Shown: positions 36,444 to 49,281 of the stretch, piece by piece
How the letters are laid out: every line of letters starts with the position of its first letter
How positions within the stretch are numbered: position 1 is the stretch's first letter
Source: Octopus sinensis
Lineage: Eukaryota
Assembly: GCF_006345805.1 (NCBI RefSeq)
Contig: NC_043000.1
Span: forward strand, 78,182,001 to 78,246,000
Length of the DNA: 64,000 nucleotides
Direction: 5' to 3'
Translations under genes and position numbers: made by a program
The notes under the pieces: model-generated
Seen by the model: the letters and a program-made list of their open reading frames with translations, nothing else
Databases searched by the model: none
What the model was told of the DNA's origin: nothing

Positions 36444-37095
36444 ATTTTGATATTTTTTTCCAATTAACTCACTAATACTCCTTTTCTCTTTATAAGTCAT
36501 AAGAAAGAAATATTGATGCATAAGAAAAGAAAAGAAAAACGCTGCAGTTTTATTGAGCGACTTAAGGCAACTAATGGCTAATCGTACCAATTTTGAAACG
36601 CCATGACCGATTTTAGCATTTAGAAAAAATAAGAAAACGGAAACATTTTTCGTAGCCTTTTATAACGATGAGAAATTCCAAGAGCTACCTAAAACATCAG
36701 ACATTTTTAATATATAAAAAACGAGTTAATTAGCAAGAACTGCTGTAGTAAATAAGAGAATAAATTACAATGAACAATCAAGGAAAATTACACTGGGACG
36801 TTGTCTGCACGAAACTCAATAGTGATAACTTAATATTTAATGTAGTGAGCAAAATTTTTTTCAATGAATTAAAAATTATCTTTGTAGTGAAGATGAAAGG
36901 AGACAGTCTCAATGATTAATTTTAATTAAATCTAGTCATGGTAAAGAGAAAAATGCAAAATTTTAATTATAATTCCACATGCAGTACTTAAACGTAAACA
37001 TTAATCTGATCTGTCAAAAGGTGTTACTCGATTCACAAATATGCTGCTAAATATGTTAGGGAAACACCGCAGCTCTATCAAGTTATATAAGACAA

Positions 37096-37919
37096 CTAGC
37101 TTAAGGTGACCCGCTCTACGCGCGGGCAAGCATTATGTGTGTATGTGTGTACGCATTATATATACAAATGTATACAAATAAATTAAATTAGAGATAAAAT
37201 CACTATTAGGCTAATCAAACATAAAAATGAAAATATAATATACAAAATATATAAAATATAAAATTAAAAAATTTAAATTATTTAAATTTAAAATGAAAAT
37301 TATTAATTTATATTTATAATTAAAAAATATATATATATAACTATCAAAAAGTATTAAAAAGTTTAATATACATATTTATATATAGAACACACACACACAC
37401 ACATATAAATTAACCCAATGAATATCTGATTCATAATATTTGTTCTCATGATTGTGTGGTGGTGGTGGCGATGATAATTCTGTTTATGAATGCAGACAGA
37501 CGTAGAGAGAGAGAGAGAGTGTGTGTGAAAGCGCTGTCGAAGGCGGGGAGGAGGGGGAGATACAGAACGCTCTTTGAGGACGTTATAAAGAATAAAGAGA
37601 AAGTGAAGGGGAGTTAGACGCTGTTAAACAACGTTATATATAGAAAGTGATGGGAAGGGAGGAAAGAGAATGAGTGACGGAGGAAGACAGATACATTAAA
37701 GAATGAGAGTAGACTTGTCAAAGTGAGTTTTTGGCCCTAGCAACGACACCTTTTAAGATGGGGATTTCTAACCTAGCCCACTCTCATCCTCACCTCATTT
37801 TACATGTCCTTGTAAATTTTGGAGTCAATGCGACGGGATCTAGTGGCCTTTAACCCGTTCTAATGCCAAAAACCAGACAAACAAACAAACTTTTCGCATT
37901 TCAGTTTTATAAATAGAGA
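37096..37919 (-). mobile_element. Non-autonomous Helitron (~824 bp)
   Basis: The minus strand starts TCTCTATTTATAAA followed by (TTTG)n. It ends with a GC hairpin cccgc/gcggg (37110-37126) and CTAG|T at 37096-99. Confidence 0.7.
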
Positions 37920-38397
37920 CTATAGGCAAGTCACACCAATTGTAAAATATTTTATTCGATTTTAGTTTTTAATAGTAAAAAACATTAGCGGAAAAACTCT
38001 TTGCAATTTCTGTAGGGAGGAAAAATTCCATATCCTATCTAAGATATCAATCATTTTAAATTAATAAAAATGATATCAATTATAGTCACGCCACAGCTAT
38101 TCTGGGTGTCCTCATCACACTTTCCCACTAGTGCCGTATCGCTAGACTTACTGGAATTACTGTTACCAGCCAGGTCTATCGGAATAATATCTTCAACCAT
38201 GAAGCTTTAAGTAGCATGCTGTAAAGTGACTGGACCTAATACAAGCAATTCATTTTACCCTTTCCGAAGAACCAAGCTCTCTGTTTAAGCTTGTTTCTAA
38301 AGCTAGGTAGCATCATTTGTAAATCTATCTATCTATCTGTCTGTTTGTCTCCCAACCTACCCGTCCGTCCATCTGTCTGTCTTATGTATGTATGTAA

Positions 38398-38433
<36 letters not shown>

Positions 38434-38471
38434 CATTCATAATAATATCAATTTCTTTTATTTTTTCCTAG

Positions 38472-39623
38472 GAATTGGTTTCGGTTGCTTGAATCTGACG
38501 GCAATTCTATGTGTGACGGAACATTTCCAGGAAAAGCAAGGTCTTGCCTGTGCAATATCATCGAGTGGTTGTGGAGTGGGAAATATCATATTTCCTATTA
38601 TAATCAGCGAGCTGATAGCCTCGGTTGGCTGGCGACCATCAATGCAGTTCCTATCTGGTATTCAACTAGTTACTGGTCTTTGTTCTCTTTTGATGTTCCC
38701 TAAAAGAAATAAATTCTTTCCTTGTTGCCAATTTCGGAAAAAATCGACTAAAAGAATATCAAACTCGTTTAATGTCAATATTTACCCTAATATTTCGGCA
38801 GTTCTGAAAGATTTATGGATGGATGGTTTGATCGATATGAAATCAAGTTTTCACAGTAAAACGAAACGAGGCTCGAGCGTAAATTACATTCAGTTTCATT
38901 CCTCATCAACAAATGTTATTAAAGACTCAGGAGATTTTCAAACAGGAACGAAGAGACACATGTGTACTGATGAGCAACATTCCAGTACACAATCTAATTC
39001 TATCTCAACTGTTGATAGATATTCTTTAGAATATTACCAAAGCTTTTGTGCAAACGCCATGAAAGGAAATCATTTGGTGGAAAAGCCTTCAAAAAATGGA
39101 GAGCAAAGTTTCACGGGAAAGATTCATAGATGTTGGAACTGTATAAAAAATTGTCTCCGTGATGTTAATATCTTCAAAAATACAAAATATCTAGTGCTTT
39201 TCTGCTCCTGTTTGCTGTCAGCTACTGGCGCTGGAGTTCCTGCTATTATCATATTGGACTATGCTGAGTCATTTGGTACAACCACAAAGAAAGCCGCCAT
39301 TTTAGTGTCTGTAATCGGAATCACTGGATTTGTCGGTCGACTACTAGCTGGAGCAGCGTCGTGTTATTCAAAATTGAACATCTTAATGCTCTACACCGTG
39401 GCCATGTTACTGAGCGGCGTGTCAACTCTTCTTATTCCATTGCTGCAACACTTCTGGTTTTGCATGCTATTCTCTGCTTTTTTTGGACTTTTCTATGGAA
39501 TAACAGCTGGATTAGACCCGTCCATATTGGCTTATATTGCAGGCAAAGATAATATAGCTGTATCGTTCGGTTTTTTCACACTGGCACTTGGAGTCGGTAG
39601 TACTGCCAGTGCTTCTCTTGCAG
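38472..39623 (+). CDS. SLC16/MCT-family transporter, coding exon 3 (TM4-TM11 with the large central loop)
   Basis: Acceptor ttttttcctAG at 38471. Encodes GIGFGCLNL, HFQEKQGLACAISSSGCGVG, GWR, IGITGFVGRLLAG, FFGLFYG. Donor G|GTAAGG. 1152 nt, phase 1/1. Confidence 0.95.
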
Positions 39624-41140
39624 GTAAGGCAACACACTATATTCAAGTAAACTCTCTCTCATTAGAGAGTATTCTGAGTATTCTGTATTAGATGTAAATT
39701 ATTTTGTGAATATATGACGAGTTACTCACATAAAAAAAAAACTAAAATCACTTTGAATTCTGAGAGTACTCTACTCTCGGTTTGAAAATAGTCTTGCCCT
39801 GTCTTGTCGAATCTCTCAAATATACGTGTATAAGATGTGTGTATTAAGGTGTATGTATGATGTTTAGTATGTGTCTCCCCTCCCTGCATTATATAGAATT
39901 TGGATCTCAAATGGCAAGTACTGTATACATTATCTCACTGTCATATCTTTTAAATATAGTTGGATAAAGACACTCCACAAATAAACAGAATCTAGGCAAA
40001 TAATGATTTTACTCGCCGCCCCATTATACTGCTATCTTATGTTTTCATAGAATCGTATCCCACTTGGGAGCCAGAGATTGAATCATGCAAACGGGTAGTG
40101 CAGGATAAAAGATCTTTTTATAGCACAGGCGGTTGTAAAGATCACTTTGAAATCCTTCTGTTCTGAAAAAGAGGAACAGGAAAGAAAAAAGAGACATACA
40201 ACAACAGCAGGGAAGTAACAGCAGCAACAACAGACCCAGAGGGCAAGACTTTTACTGTTATTGGTCGGAGCTGAAGTAAACGAAATCACCACGTCCTTAT
40301 TGCTAGAAGTACCAAGGGCCAACGTCGACTTCGAAACCGAAGAGTTTCCCTCCAGCAGAGAACGGACATGAGACAACGTATTTCAGGACTTCCTTCATCC
40401 TTTGATAAGAGAGGTTGCTCAATGTGAAAAAATGAAATTATCAGAAGACATTTTGGGGGAGGAAAACACGGTGTAACAAGTAAATAAAGGTAATTATGAT
40501 TTTAATCCGTGTATAACGATGAGTACGACGATAGGAATAGCAATCCACTGGAGTGATGCTGGCAGAGAAAAGAATTAGCTCACCAATAAGCAGTAAAAAT
40601 CAATGCGTTGTATGAAAGAGAAAATGCAATAAGTTGTTTCCAAATGAATTTATAAGTAACCAATCAGCGTGTCATTCCGTGTGACCGAAGTCACTGGACA
40701 GTTGATAATTACGTATTAAGCAACCAGCTTCTAGACAGCTTCTGAAAGTTTTTTAGGCGCATTACCCCCCACCCTTACAGTGGGTCAGACCAGCAGGCTA
40801 GATATAGAGAGCATTACACAACATTAAGTTTCAGACACGTGACCTCATCTCTTCCTCTTTTCTGCACTGACACGCAGGCTATGAGGATTCAACTTGACTG
40901 TCTCTATCTTATGCCACAGGCCAGCCTACAAATAAGAGCATAGCACAGAAGACCATGGCGCTTACGCACCGACCATTTTATATATCATTCCATTGTGTAT
41001 ATACGTGTGGCCACAATAAACGCGTTTAAAGTTACAACCTTGCTTGGGTATGTTTTTCTTCCGGGTTTACTACCAGCGAGATTACAGCCTTCTGAGAGTC
41101 ATATTAGGTGGCTCAACGACGTGAACACAGACTTCTAAAA

Positions 41141-43017
41141 TGGTGACCGGACATGGAAAATGAACATATTCATTTAAAATGGTGAACACCGGGCAAATAT
41201 AGACCAGCGAATACATATTCTCTTTTCTCCTTCGCGACTTTGGCTAAGCAACCAAATCGCCTCTCGTCATATTGGAACACCACTGATGTCTCTCGTCGCC
41301 ATATTGTCTTCTTCACCAGGAAAATTTTGACGCCATTTTCAAGCCGAAAACTGCAAATCGTTTTTCTTCAGGTTGTAACCGAAATTACAACTTGGTCATT
41401 TGAAGACACGGCGTCCCAGAGAATTTTCTTCTTGCTTATAAAAAAGGAAAAATAATTATCCGGAATTTTCTCCAGAATTCACATGGACAGAACATTTTCC
41501 TACGTGCCGGGTATGAGTTTCTTTCTCTTAACCACCCGGATTATCCACGCATTGCTCATAATTTGTTCCTCATCAACTATCAAGGATTTCTTCTATTTTC
41601 ATCCACTTCTATTGAAACAAAATTTTCCTAGTTCGCTGCTCGTCGTGTCTTCTTTCAACTAGGGTATTTTGACTGTAATTTATGACAGCGTTTCTTCAAC
41701 CAGTTGTTCTTTGTGCCGTTTCGTTTTCCAATTATCATTCTAAAATGAGTCCTTTTCTTTTGCCTCACTGCGCTTCTTCGTCGTCTTCCCCTCGAGTTTG
41801 TTCTTCTGCTCCGGTCGACATACAAGCCTCTGAAATCTTGCGGGCTATCGCAAAACTGACTCGTCAAGTTTCACGCACGTGTAGGAACCTCCTGCTCCTC
41901 CTGCTCCCTCAGTGCTGGTACCACAGGAAGTTCAAGGACCAAGCCGAGAAATGTACACAGCCATGCTTCTACGCTTCTCAGGGAGACACTGGGCACGTCA
42001 GTCGTCTCCCCCATTGATTCACTCTATCATGCGTTCTTTATCAGAGATGCCAATTCTTCAAAGTCCTTTATGGTGGATACGGGTGCCAGCTTAAGTATTT
42101 GGCCTTGACGGTTTAGCTCCACCAATCCTGGTCTTTCGGATATCTCTCTCTTTCGGATATCTCTCTCTCAAGACCTATGGACAAATATCCCTCAACTTGG
42201 ATTTGTCACTCTGAAGGAATTTCAAGTGGATCTTTGTCATTGCAGACCTGCCCTATCCTATTCTTGGTACTGATTTCTCACACCACTATTCTCTCATTGT
42301 GGACGTTAGAGGACGCCGACTCATTGATAACGCAACTTCACTCGCCGTCCCCGGAAAGGATTCTTCTGTCCCCGTTGTGAGACCTTTCTTCGTGGCCACT
42401 TCGGGTGACGCCTACCAACAGTTACTCGCTTCGTTTCCAGAGTTGACTGATTTGTCATTTCATCCGTCGAATTCAGCTCTTTCCAAGAGACATTCCATCA
42501 CGACCAAGGGACCTCCAGTCTTTTGCCGACCACGCCGTTTGTCTCCAGAGAAACTCCGGATCGCCCGGCTGAATTCGAGCACATGCTTCAGCTGGGCCTC
42601 ATTCGTCCCTCCACTAGCCCGTGGGCAGCACCCCTATACATGGCCAGGAAGAATGACGCTGATTTCCGACCTGTTGGAGATTTTAGACGTCTTAGCACCG
42701 TCACTGTTGCAGATCGCTATCCCCTTCCTAATGTTCAAGATTTTTCGTCTGCTCTGCATGGCTGTAAGATTTTTTCTAAGATAGACTTGGTACGCGCGTA
42801 CCATCAAATCCCTGTCAACACCGACGACATTCCAAAGACAGCTGTTACCACGCCTTTTGGAGCGTTTGAATTCTTGTCTATGTCGTTTGGACTTCATAAT
42901 GCGGCCAGCATGTTCCAAAGGTTCATTGATGAGGTCGTTCGTGGGTTAGATTTTGTCTTTGCGTGAGTCGATGACCTTTTAATCGCCAGTAGTACTCCAG
43001 CCCAGCACCTCCAACAC
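41141..43017 (+). mobile_element. Decayed Gypsy/Ty3 LTR retrotransposon internal region (gag-protease-RT), truncated
   Basis: PBS-like TGGTGACC at 41141, CWYHRKFKDQAEKCTQPC, FMVDTGAS, PSTSPWAAP, DFRRL, DRYPLP, KTAVTTPFG.FEF, FQRFID, *VDDLLIAS. A candidate LTR lies upstream (AATAAA at 41015), but its limits are unresolved. Confidence 0.85.
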
Positions 43018-44444
43018 TTGACCGAGCCACTGTTGCGGAAGTTAGGACAGTTAAGAAACCTGCCTTTTGAAATTGGATTCGGGTGGGCAGTGTCTGCATA
43101 CACGGACGATGTCACCGTCACGGTGTCGGACGCCTCCGAAGTGGAGAAGGTCGGCTCCATTGTAAAGGAATATGAGTCGGTTGCAGGGGCTAAAATCAAT
43201 GCCGACAAGTCCGTTGGTGGGATTGAGACTGGGCACCTGGAAAGACAGATCGATGCCGTCTGACACTGGACTGCTCGGGGTCTGGTTTGGTCCCGTCCTC
43301 CAGGTGGATAAGAATTGGGAAGAGGTGAAATGGACAGAGAAGAAGTTATCGCTGAAAGGTCGGGCAGAGGTGTCGAATGCCTACATCCCTTTGTCATTAT
43401 TTATCGTCTGACCGTCGTGCCTTACCCCAGTTATTTTCTTGTGGAAGGGACGCATTTCAATGGTCAGGCGGCCTGTCTGCTGCCAACTTCCTCGTGTGGC
43501 AGCTTATGCATGCCGTGGCTTTTAATGCGCAGACACGTACTCAGGTTGCGCTACCTGCAGCGATTTCTAGGCGGTGAACGTGTGTGGGCTCCGTTTGTGA
43601 GACACGCCTTTCTACAGCTCGTCTTCTTGACGGAGCTGCAGTCCTGTGTAAAGGATAGGCTAAGGTTGGGCGCCCGGCACTTAGAATGTCGTCAGACGCT
43701 CACTGTAGTCTACAAGTCGGGCAATAGGATCGGTGGATGTTCCTCTTTAGATATTTACAGAGGATTAATCGCGGGGAAGTGTGACGACGTCCTCGGGGAG
43801 ACCCTAAGTGTCGCGAACTGGCAAGTCTATTCCGGAGGACTTTCCGGTCGGGGACTGTTATGGATAATTTCCAGATGTCTTTGGCTTGGCAGTGCTACCA
43901 GTGGGGCGCTATCGGTTCGAGATAAACTCTACAGGCATAGAAGTGCTGTCAGGCGGGCTTGTCCGAGGTGCTCGCAGAGCGACGAAACCGTTCTGCATGC
44001 ATTCGTTCAGTATTCGGGCATTGCTGGTTTGTGGAGTTGTGTAGTTTCACTTGAAAAGTAAAGTGAGGGTGGAGGAGGTGCTGTCCTCGAGTGAATTTAT
44101 GGAAAGGTGGGTGAAAGTTGCGAAAATGACAAGAGCTGATGGTACCACTCTGTGTAGACCTGTGAATCGGAAGAAAGAATTCGGAGTGGGCTCTCATCCT
44201 TGGTATTCAGGGTGGTCTTGGATAGTGGGGTTCCTTGATTGTCCCTAGAGGGGTCCCATCACAATCCCTTTTTTATTTTATTTTTATTTATTTTTTCTAG
44301 TGTCATATACTATGTATACTTCCCTTCTAATGTATAACGTGTATACTTTATCTTTTATCATTCCGTTACATGTAAACTCTAACACTTTATATCTGTTTTT
44401 GTACTGTCACCCTCATCCTTCGTCCTGGTGGCAAATAAAAGAAA
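43018..44444 (+). mobile_element. 5'-truncated Tx1/L1-clade LINE joined to the Gypsy RT
   Basis: EPLLRKL, SAYTDDVT, GAKINADKS, RACPRCSQSDETVLHAFVQ. The 3' end is tggcaaataaaagaaa followed by (TCA)(TTA)n. Confidence 0.85.
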
Positions 44445-44467
44445 TCATCATCATCATTATTATTATA

Positions 44468-44539
<72 letters not shown>

Positions 44540-44562
44540 GTCATCATCATCATTGATATTAA

Positions 44563-44995
44563 TGCCGCGAGCTGGCAGAATCTTTAGCACGCTGGGAAAA
44601 CTGCTTAACGGCATTTCGCCCGTGGATACGTTCTGAGTTCAAATTTCGCCGAGGTTGACTTTGCCTTTCATACTTTCGGGGTTCATTAAGTACCAGTCAA
44701 GTAGTGGGGTCGATGTAATCGATTTATCCTCACCCCACCAATCTCAGGCCTCGTGCCTATAGTAAAAATTATTATTATTATTATTTTAAGGCGGCAAGCT
44801 GGCTGAATCGTTAGCACACTTGATATGCTTAGCGGTATTTCGCCCATCGCTACGTTCTGAGTTCAAATTCCGCCGAGGTCGACTTTACCTTTCAACCTTT
44901 CGGGGTCAATAAAATAAGTACCAGTTGAGTACTGGGATCGTTGCAATCATCCCCTCCCCCAGAATTGCTGCCCTTGTTGCAAAATTTGAAACCAT
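44563..44995 (+). mobile_element. Two tandem SINE family B copies separated and flanked by (ATT)n
   Basis: 44563-44768 and 44788-44995. Each is preceded and followed by ATT runs. Confidence 0.82.
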
Positions 44996-45012
44996 TGTTA
45001 TTGTTATTATTA

Positions 45013-46214
45013 TTGAATGAGAGAGCAATGCATGCTATCAAAATGACACTTGTGTAAAATATACGAAGCCCAGTAAACCCATCATGTTTTGTCTATCAGG
45101 AGTTGATACTCGGTACCTCTGCACTTACGTTTGCAACATTTCTGCTCATATGGCAGGACTCCATTTTTACCAGGTGTTCGTACATTGATTCTGCGAGTAT
45201 TCGAGTCAATAACTTCCACATAAGTGGCAAACAGGATATCGGCCTGTAATTGTCTACCGTTTTGCCTTTTTCCATGTTTTTCAGGCACAGCACCGTCCTA
45301 CCCAATGTCAACCACTCTGGCGTTACTTGGTCGGCATTTAACAAGGTGTTCAGTTGCGCAGCTATTCGTGCATGACATTCACCAAATCTTTTGATCCAAT
45401 AGCCTTGAACTCCATCTGATCTCGGGGTCTTCCAGCTGCTCATTTTTTTGCTGATTTCCTTCACTTCCCTAACTGAAATGACTAGTTCTGCCTGTTTTGG
45501 ATAGACTACTGTTTGTTTCAGTTCTTGCAACCATTCAGCATCCTTCTTGTGCTCCTTGTGTCTGCTCCAGATGTCACTCCAAACTTTCAATGTTATCTGG
45601 TATCAACTTTTCATCTGTACACTCTCCATTTATTTCTTTATAGAATCTCTTCTGGTCTACTCTGAATAACCTATTGTGGTGGTAACCCTTCATTCTTTGT
45701 TCGTATCTTACCATCCTTGCTTTCTTTTCAACGAGACACTGTTTCAGTTCCTCCATTACTACTTTCAGACCCTTTCTTTCAATATTATACTTCCTTTTCA
45801 GCGCCCTGTATTTTTTGTTCGCTTTTAAGCTCCCCTTTCTCTTTTCGGTCTAATACAGAGATTTCCTTCGAGAGCATGTCTAACCCTACCTGGATTCTTC
45901 TTTTCCACCATGGATCTTTTCTTTTGTCACCCCCATTATGTTTCTTTTTCTTGACATCAGCAGCCACGTTTTCTGCTACAACAATACTTGCTGCCTTGAT
46001 CAAATTATTTGTTTGTGATGTTGTTCGTTCTGATGTATTTCAGAATTTCATTGACATTTTTCGTTTCTTGGTTCAATTTCCATCGATCAACCTTTTTAAG
46101 GTTGCAAATAATGTCGCTATCGTTCTTCTGTAGTCTTGCCTTTATTCAGCCGTAGGTTGCCTTTTGTTCATCTGTCATGTCGTCATTAGTTTTACTGTCT
46201 TCGTTTAGATCATC
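45013..46214 (-). mobile_element. Internal R4/Dong-type ORF fragment (45089-46214) fused to the element X 3' terminus (45013-45088)
   Basis: DPWWKRRI, HNRLFRVDQKRFY, WSDIWS, NYRPISCLPLMWKLLT, EQKCCKR..RGT..QLLIDK. The 5' end lies at (TAA)n 46215-46291. Confidence 0.8.
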
Positions 46215-46291
<77 letters not shown>

Positions 46292-47019
46292 GTTTTTTCC
46301 TTCTTTCTTCAAATTTTCTTCCGTTTCTCGCCGAGTGTTTTCCATACACCTAGGGCAGAGAAGGGCATTGTATGCATTCCCAGATTACACGCGCAAATTC
46401 ACAGATAAAATATGTATTTAAAAATTAATAAATAAATAAATTCATGGATGGGTGTTATTTTCACAGCGATAGTGCTCTTCTCAGTACATGAGCCGTTCCA
46501 GTTAATACGATTTTTTGCACTTCCTGTAGGGATGGTAAGCCTGGAATCATTTTCAAATAGGTTTCAGTGCCATTTTTTATCATTCCTAGAGATCCTACAA
46601 TCACTGGTACTGTAGTCGCCTTGAGATGCCACATTTTTTCAATTTCCATTAGCAGGTCTTTATATTTACTAATCTTGTCCAAATTCTTTCGCCGCTATAT
46701 TGTGATCACAGGGAATACTCATGTCAATTAATAAACACATCCTTTTTGTCTGATCTTTTATAATGATATCCGGTTTATTGGCTTTTATAGTCCTGTCGGT
46801 CTGCACGGGGAAGTCCCATAGAATCGACATATTTTCTCCCTCGTCACAGCTTCAGGATGATGTTTATACCATTTGTCAGCGGTTTTGATTTTATAATGCC
46901 GACATATTGTCCAGTGTAAATACTGGCCGACTCAGTCATGTCTTGCTTTATATTCTGCAGGTGCTAAGACTCTACACCCTGAGCACCTGCAGAATATAAA
47001 GCAAGACATGACAGAGTCG

Positions 47020-47020
<1 letters not shown>
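46292..47020 (-). mobile_element. 5'-truncated R4/Dong-type element (family D1-like) with a fold-back 5' junction
   Basis: SGCRVLAPAEYKARHD*VGQYLHW, WDFPVQTDRTIKANKPD, KYKDLLMEIEKMW, VPVIVGSLG. (TAA)n lies on both sides. Confidence 0.85.
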
Positions 47021-47072
<52 letters not shown>

Positions 47073-47099
47073 TATTATTATTATTATTACTACTACTAT

Positions 47100-47161
<62 letters not shown>

Positions 47162-47208
47162 TTATTATTATTATTATTATTCTTCTTCTTCTTCTTCTTC
47201 TTCTTCTT
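47021..47208. repeat. Compound (TTA)n(CTA)n(TTC)n microsatellite between two RLE elements
   Basis: Directly visible. Confidence 0.95.
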
Positions 47209-49261
47209 TGTTTGACTTTTGCTTTATGTCTGTACAAGTTGGCTCCAAGTCTCACCCAGAGACCTCAAGAGACAACAGGCTGGAAGTTCTGTGCCATATA
47301 TTTGGGGTTTTTTTTTTGGGGGGGGGGTGTTGTACTAGTGAATGTCTAATACATAAAAATAAAAAAAATAAAAAAATAAAATAAAATAAAATAAAATAAA
47401 AAGTTAAAATAAAAATTAAAAAAAGTTTGTTTTAAACCTTGGGATTACATAGAGAGTATTTTGCGTAGGATATGAGCAGTTCCCATGAGCACTATCTTTT
47501 GAATTTCTGCCATTTTGGGGTTTCCTGGTATCTGAGTTAGGTAGCAATCAGTCCCTTTCGCTATCATTCCCAGGGCACCTATGACAACAGGTATTGTTTT
47601 AGTCTTCAGCTTCCACATTTTGTTGATTTCTACTTCAAGATCTTTATATTTGCTCAGTTTTTGGTAGGTCTTGACAGATACGTTTATATCGATTGGGACA
47701 GTCATATCAATGAGAAGGCATGTTCTTTGTCTGTAGTCTTTCAATATGATGTTTGGCCTATTTGCATCTATCTTCCTGTTAGTTTGAATGGTGAAGTTCC
47801 AGAGGAGTGAGATGTGGTCATTTTCAAGCACTGGAGGTGGATTGTGTTCCCACCAGTTTTTTTCATGGGGCAAATCCAGGTTTTTGCAAATTACCCAGTG
47901 AATATATTGTGCAGCTCTATCATGCCTATTGAGGTACTCTGTAGGCGCTAGAAGACTGCATTTGGAGACAACATGATCAATGGTTTCATTTTGTTGTCGG
48001 CATACACGACATGTTGGGCTACTGCCGTTCTTTAATATGTTGGCCTGGTAGTTTCTTGTTGGTAGGCATTGATCTTGAGCTGCTATGATAAACCCCTCTG
48101 TTTCAGATTTTAAGCCAGAGGCCATTAGCCATTGATGGGTCAGGGCTTTGTCGATATCTGCATTATTCGCTCTCTTTGGGTACTTGCCATAGAGAGGTTT
48201 TTCTTGCCATTTATTATTCAGAATATCTAAGGCCGCAGTTTTGGCACGGGTTTTCATGCGCCTAGCTTTTTCTGTGCTTGTTTCTTGTATGTCTATCTCT
48301 AATTCCGAAATTGGTTGTATTCGGAATTCACTTAGATATTCCTTTGCCTGTTTTGTGACTGAGTATGATGCTTTCTTGTTTTCATGTTTTGAGACAAGTT
48401 TTAACATCCAGTCCTCAGAGTTTTTCAGGTAGGTGTCTAGGCCAATTGTAGCAATCTTCATTGTTATTGCCAGTTGCAAAAGACCACGGCCTCCCTCTTT
48501 TCTTGGCAGATAGAGTCGTTCTGTATCTGCCTTAGGTTGGTGCATTCTATGCATTGTCAACAGTTTCCTTATTTTTCTGTCGAGCTGACATATTTCAGTA
48601 ATTGACCAGTTAACAATATTGAAACTGTAAGTTACGACTGGTATGGCTAATGCATTGATCGCTTCGATCCTGTTTCTTGCATTCAGCTCTGTCTTGAGTA
48701 TTGCTCTCACTCTTCGATAGCATTCTCTCCTGATCCTTTCCTTCATCTCTGAATGCCTTATTCCGTTCCCTTCAATTACCCCTAGGTACTTGTAGCTCTC
48801 CGCTGGGTCTAGTTCTTTTATGACATTCTGCTGGTCAAGGTTAACGTTAGATGTTTCTGTCATTTTTCCTTTGATAAAAGTAGCTTTTGCACATTTATCG
48901 AGGCCGAATTGCATTCTGATGTCGTCACTGAATTGTTTGACTATTGCTAGTAAGCCCTTGAGTTGTTGGTAATTTTTTGCAAAAAGCTTTAAATCATCCA
49001 TGTAAATGAGATGATTTATATTTTTATCAAACATTTTATACCCGTACTGCGCGTCATTGAGCAGCTTTGAGAGAGGTATTAAGGATAAACAAAAGAGGAG
49101 TGGTGACAGTGAGTCCCCCTGGAAAATGCCACACGAAATTTTTACATCACCAGCATTTAGGGATTCATTGTCACTGTTCAGAGTTAGTGTGGTTCTCCAT
49201 GATCTCATACTTACAGTCAAGACGTTTCTCAGAGTAGGTGCTATCTTATACATTTCCAGGC
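47209..49261 (-). mobile_element. R4/Dong-type RLE non-LTR retrotransposon (family D2), 5'-truncated, open 602-aa RT-to-RLE ORF at 47445..49253
   Basis: GIFQGDSLSPL, IYMDDLKLF, YLPRKEGGRG, CRVC..ETIDHVVSKC (CCHC), RHD, RPNIILKD..LIDMTVP..KYKDL (PD-D..K-type endonuclease with D-to-N at the PD position). Both ends abut microsatellite. Confidence 0.93.
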
Positions 49262-49281
49262 ATTATTATTATTATTATTTT

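Noticed and set aside
38489-39691. 400-aa ORF as a stand-alone intronless gene
   Set aside because: It starts at TTG inside exon 3 and lacks TM1-3 and TM12. It has good acceptor and donor sites linking it to the other exons.
40220-40372. Possible extra transporter exon (QRARLLLLLVGAEVNEITTSL...)
   Set aside because: It is not needed, since exon 3 joins exon 4 in frame giving 12 TMs, and it has an in-frame stop. It looks more like decayed retroelement gag, but is too weak to annotate.
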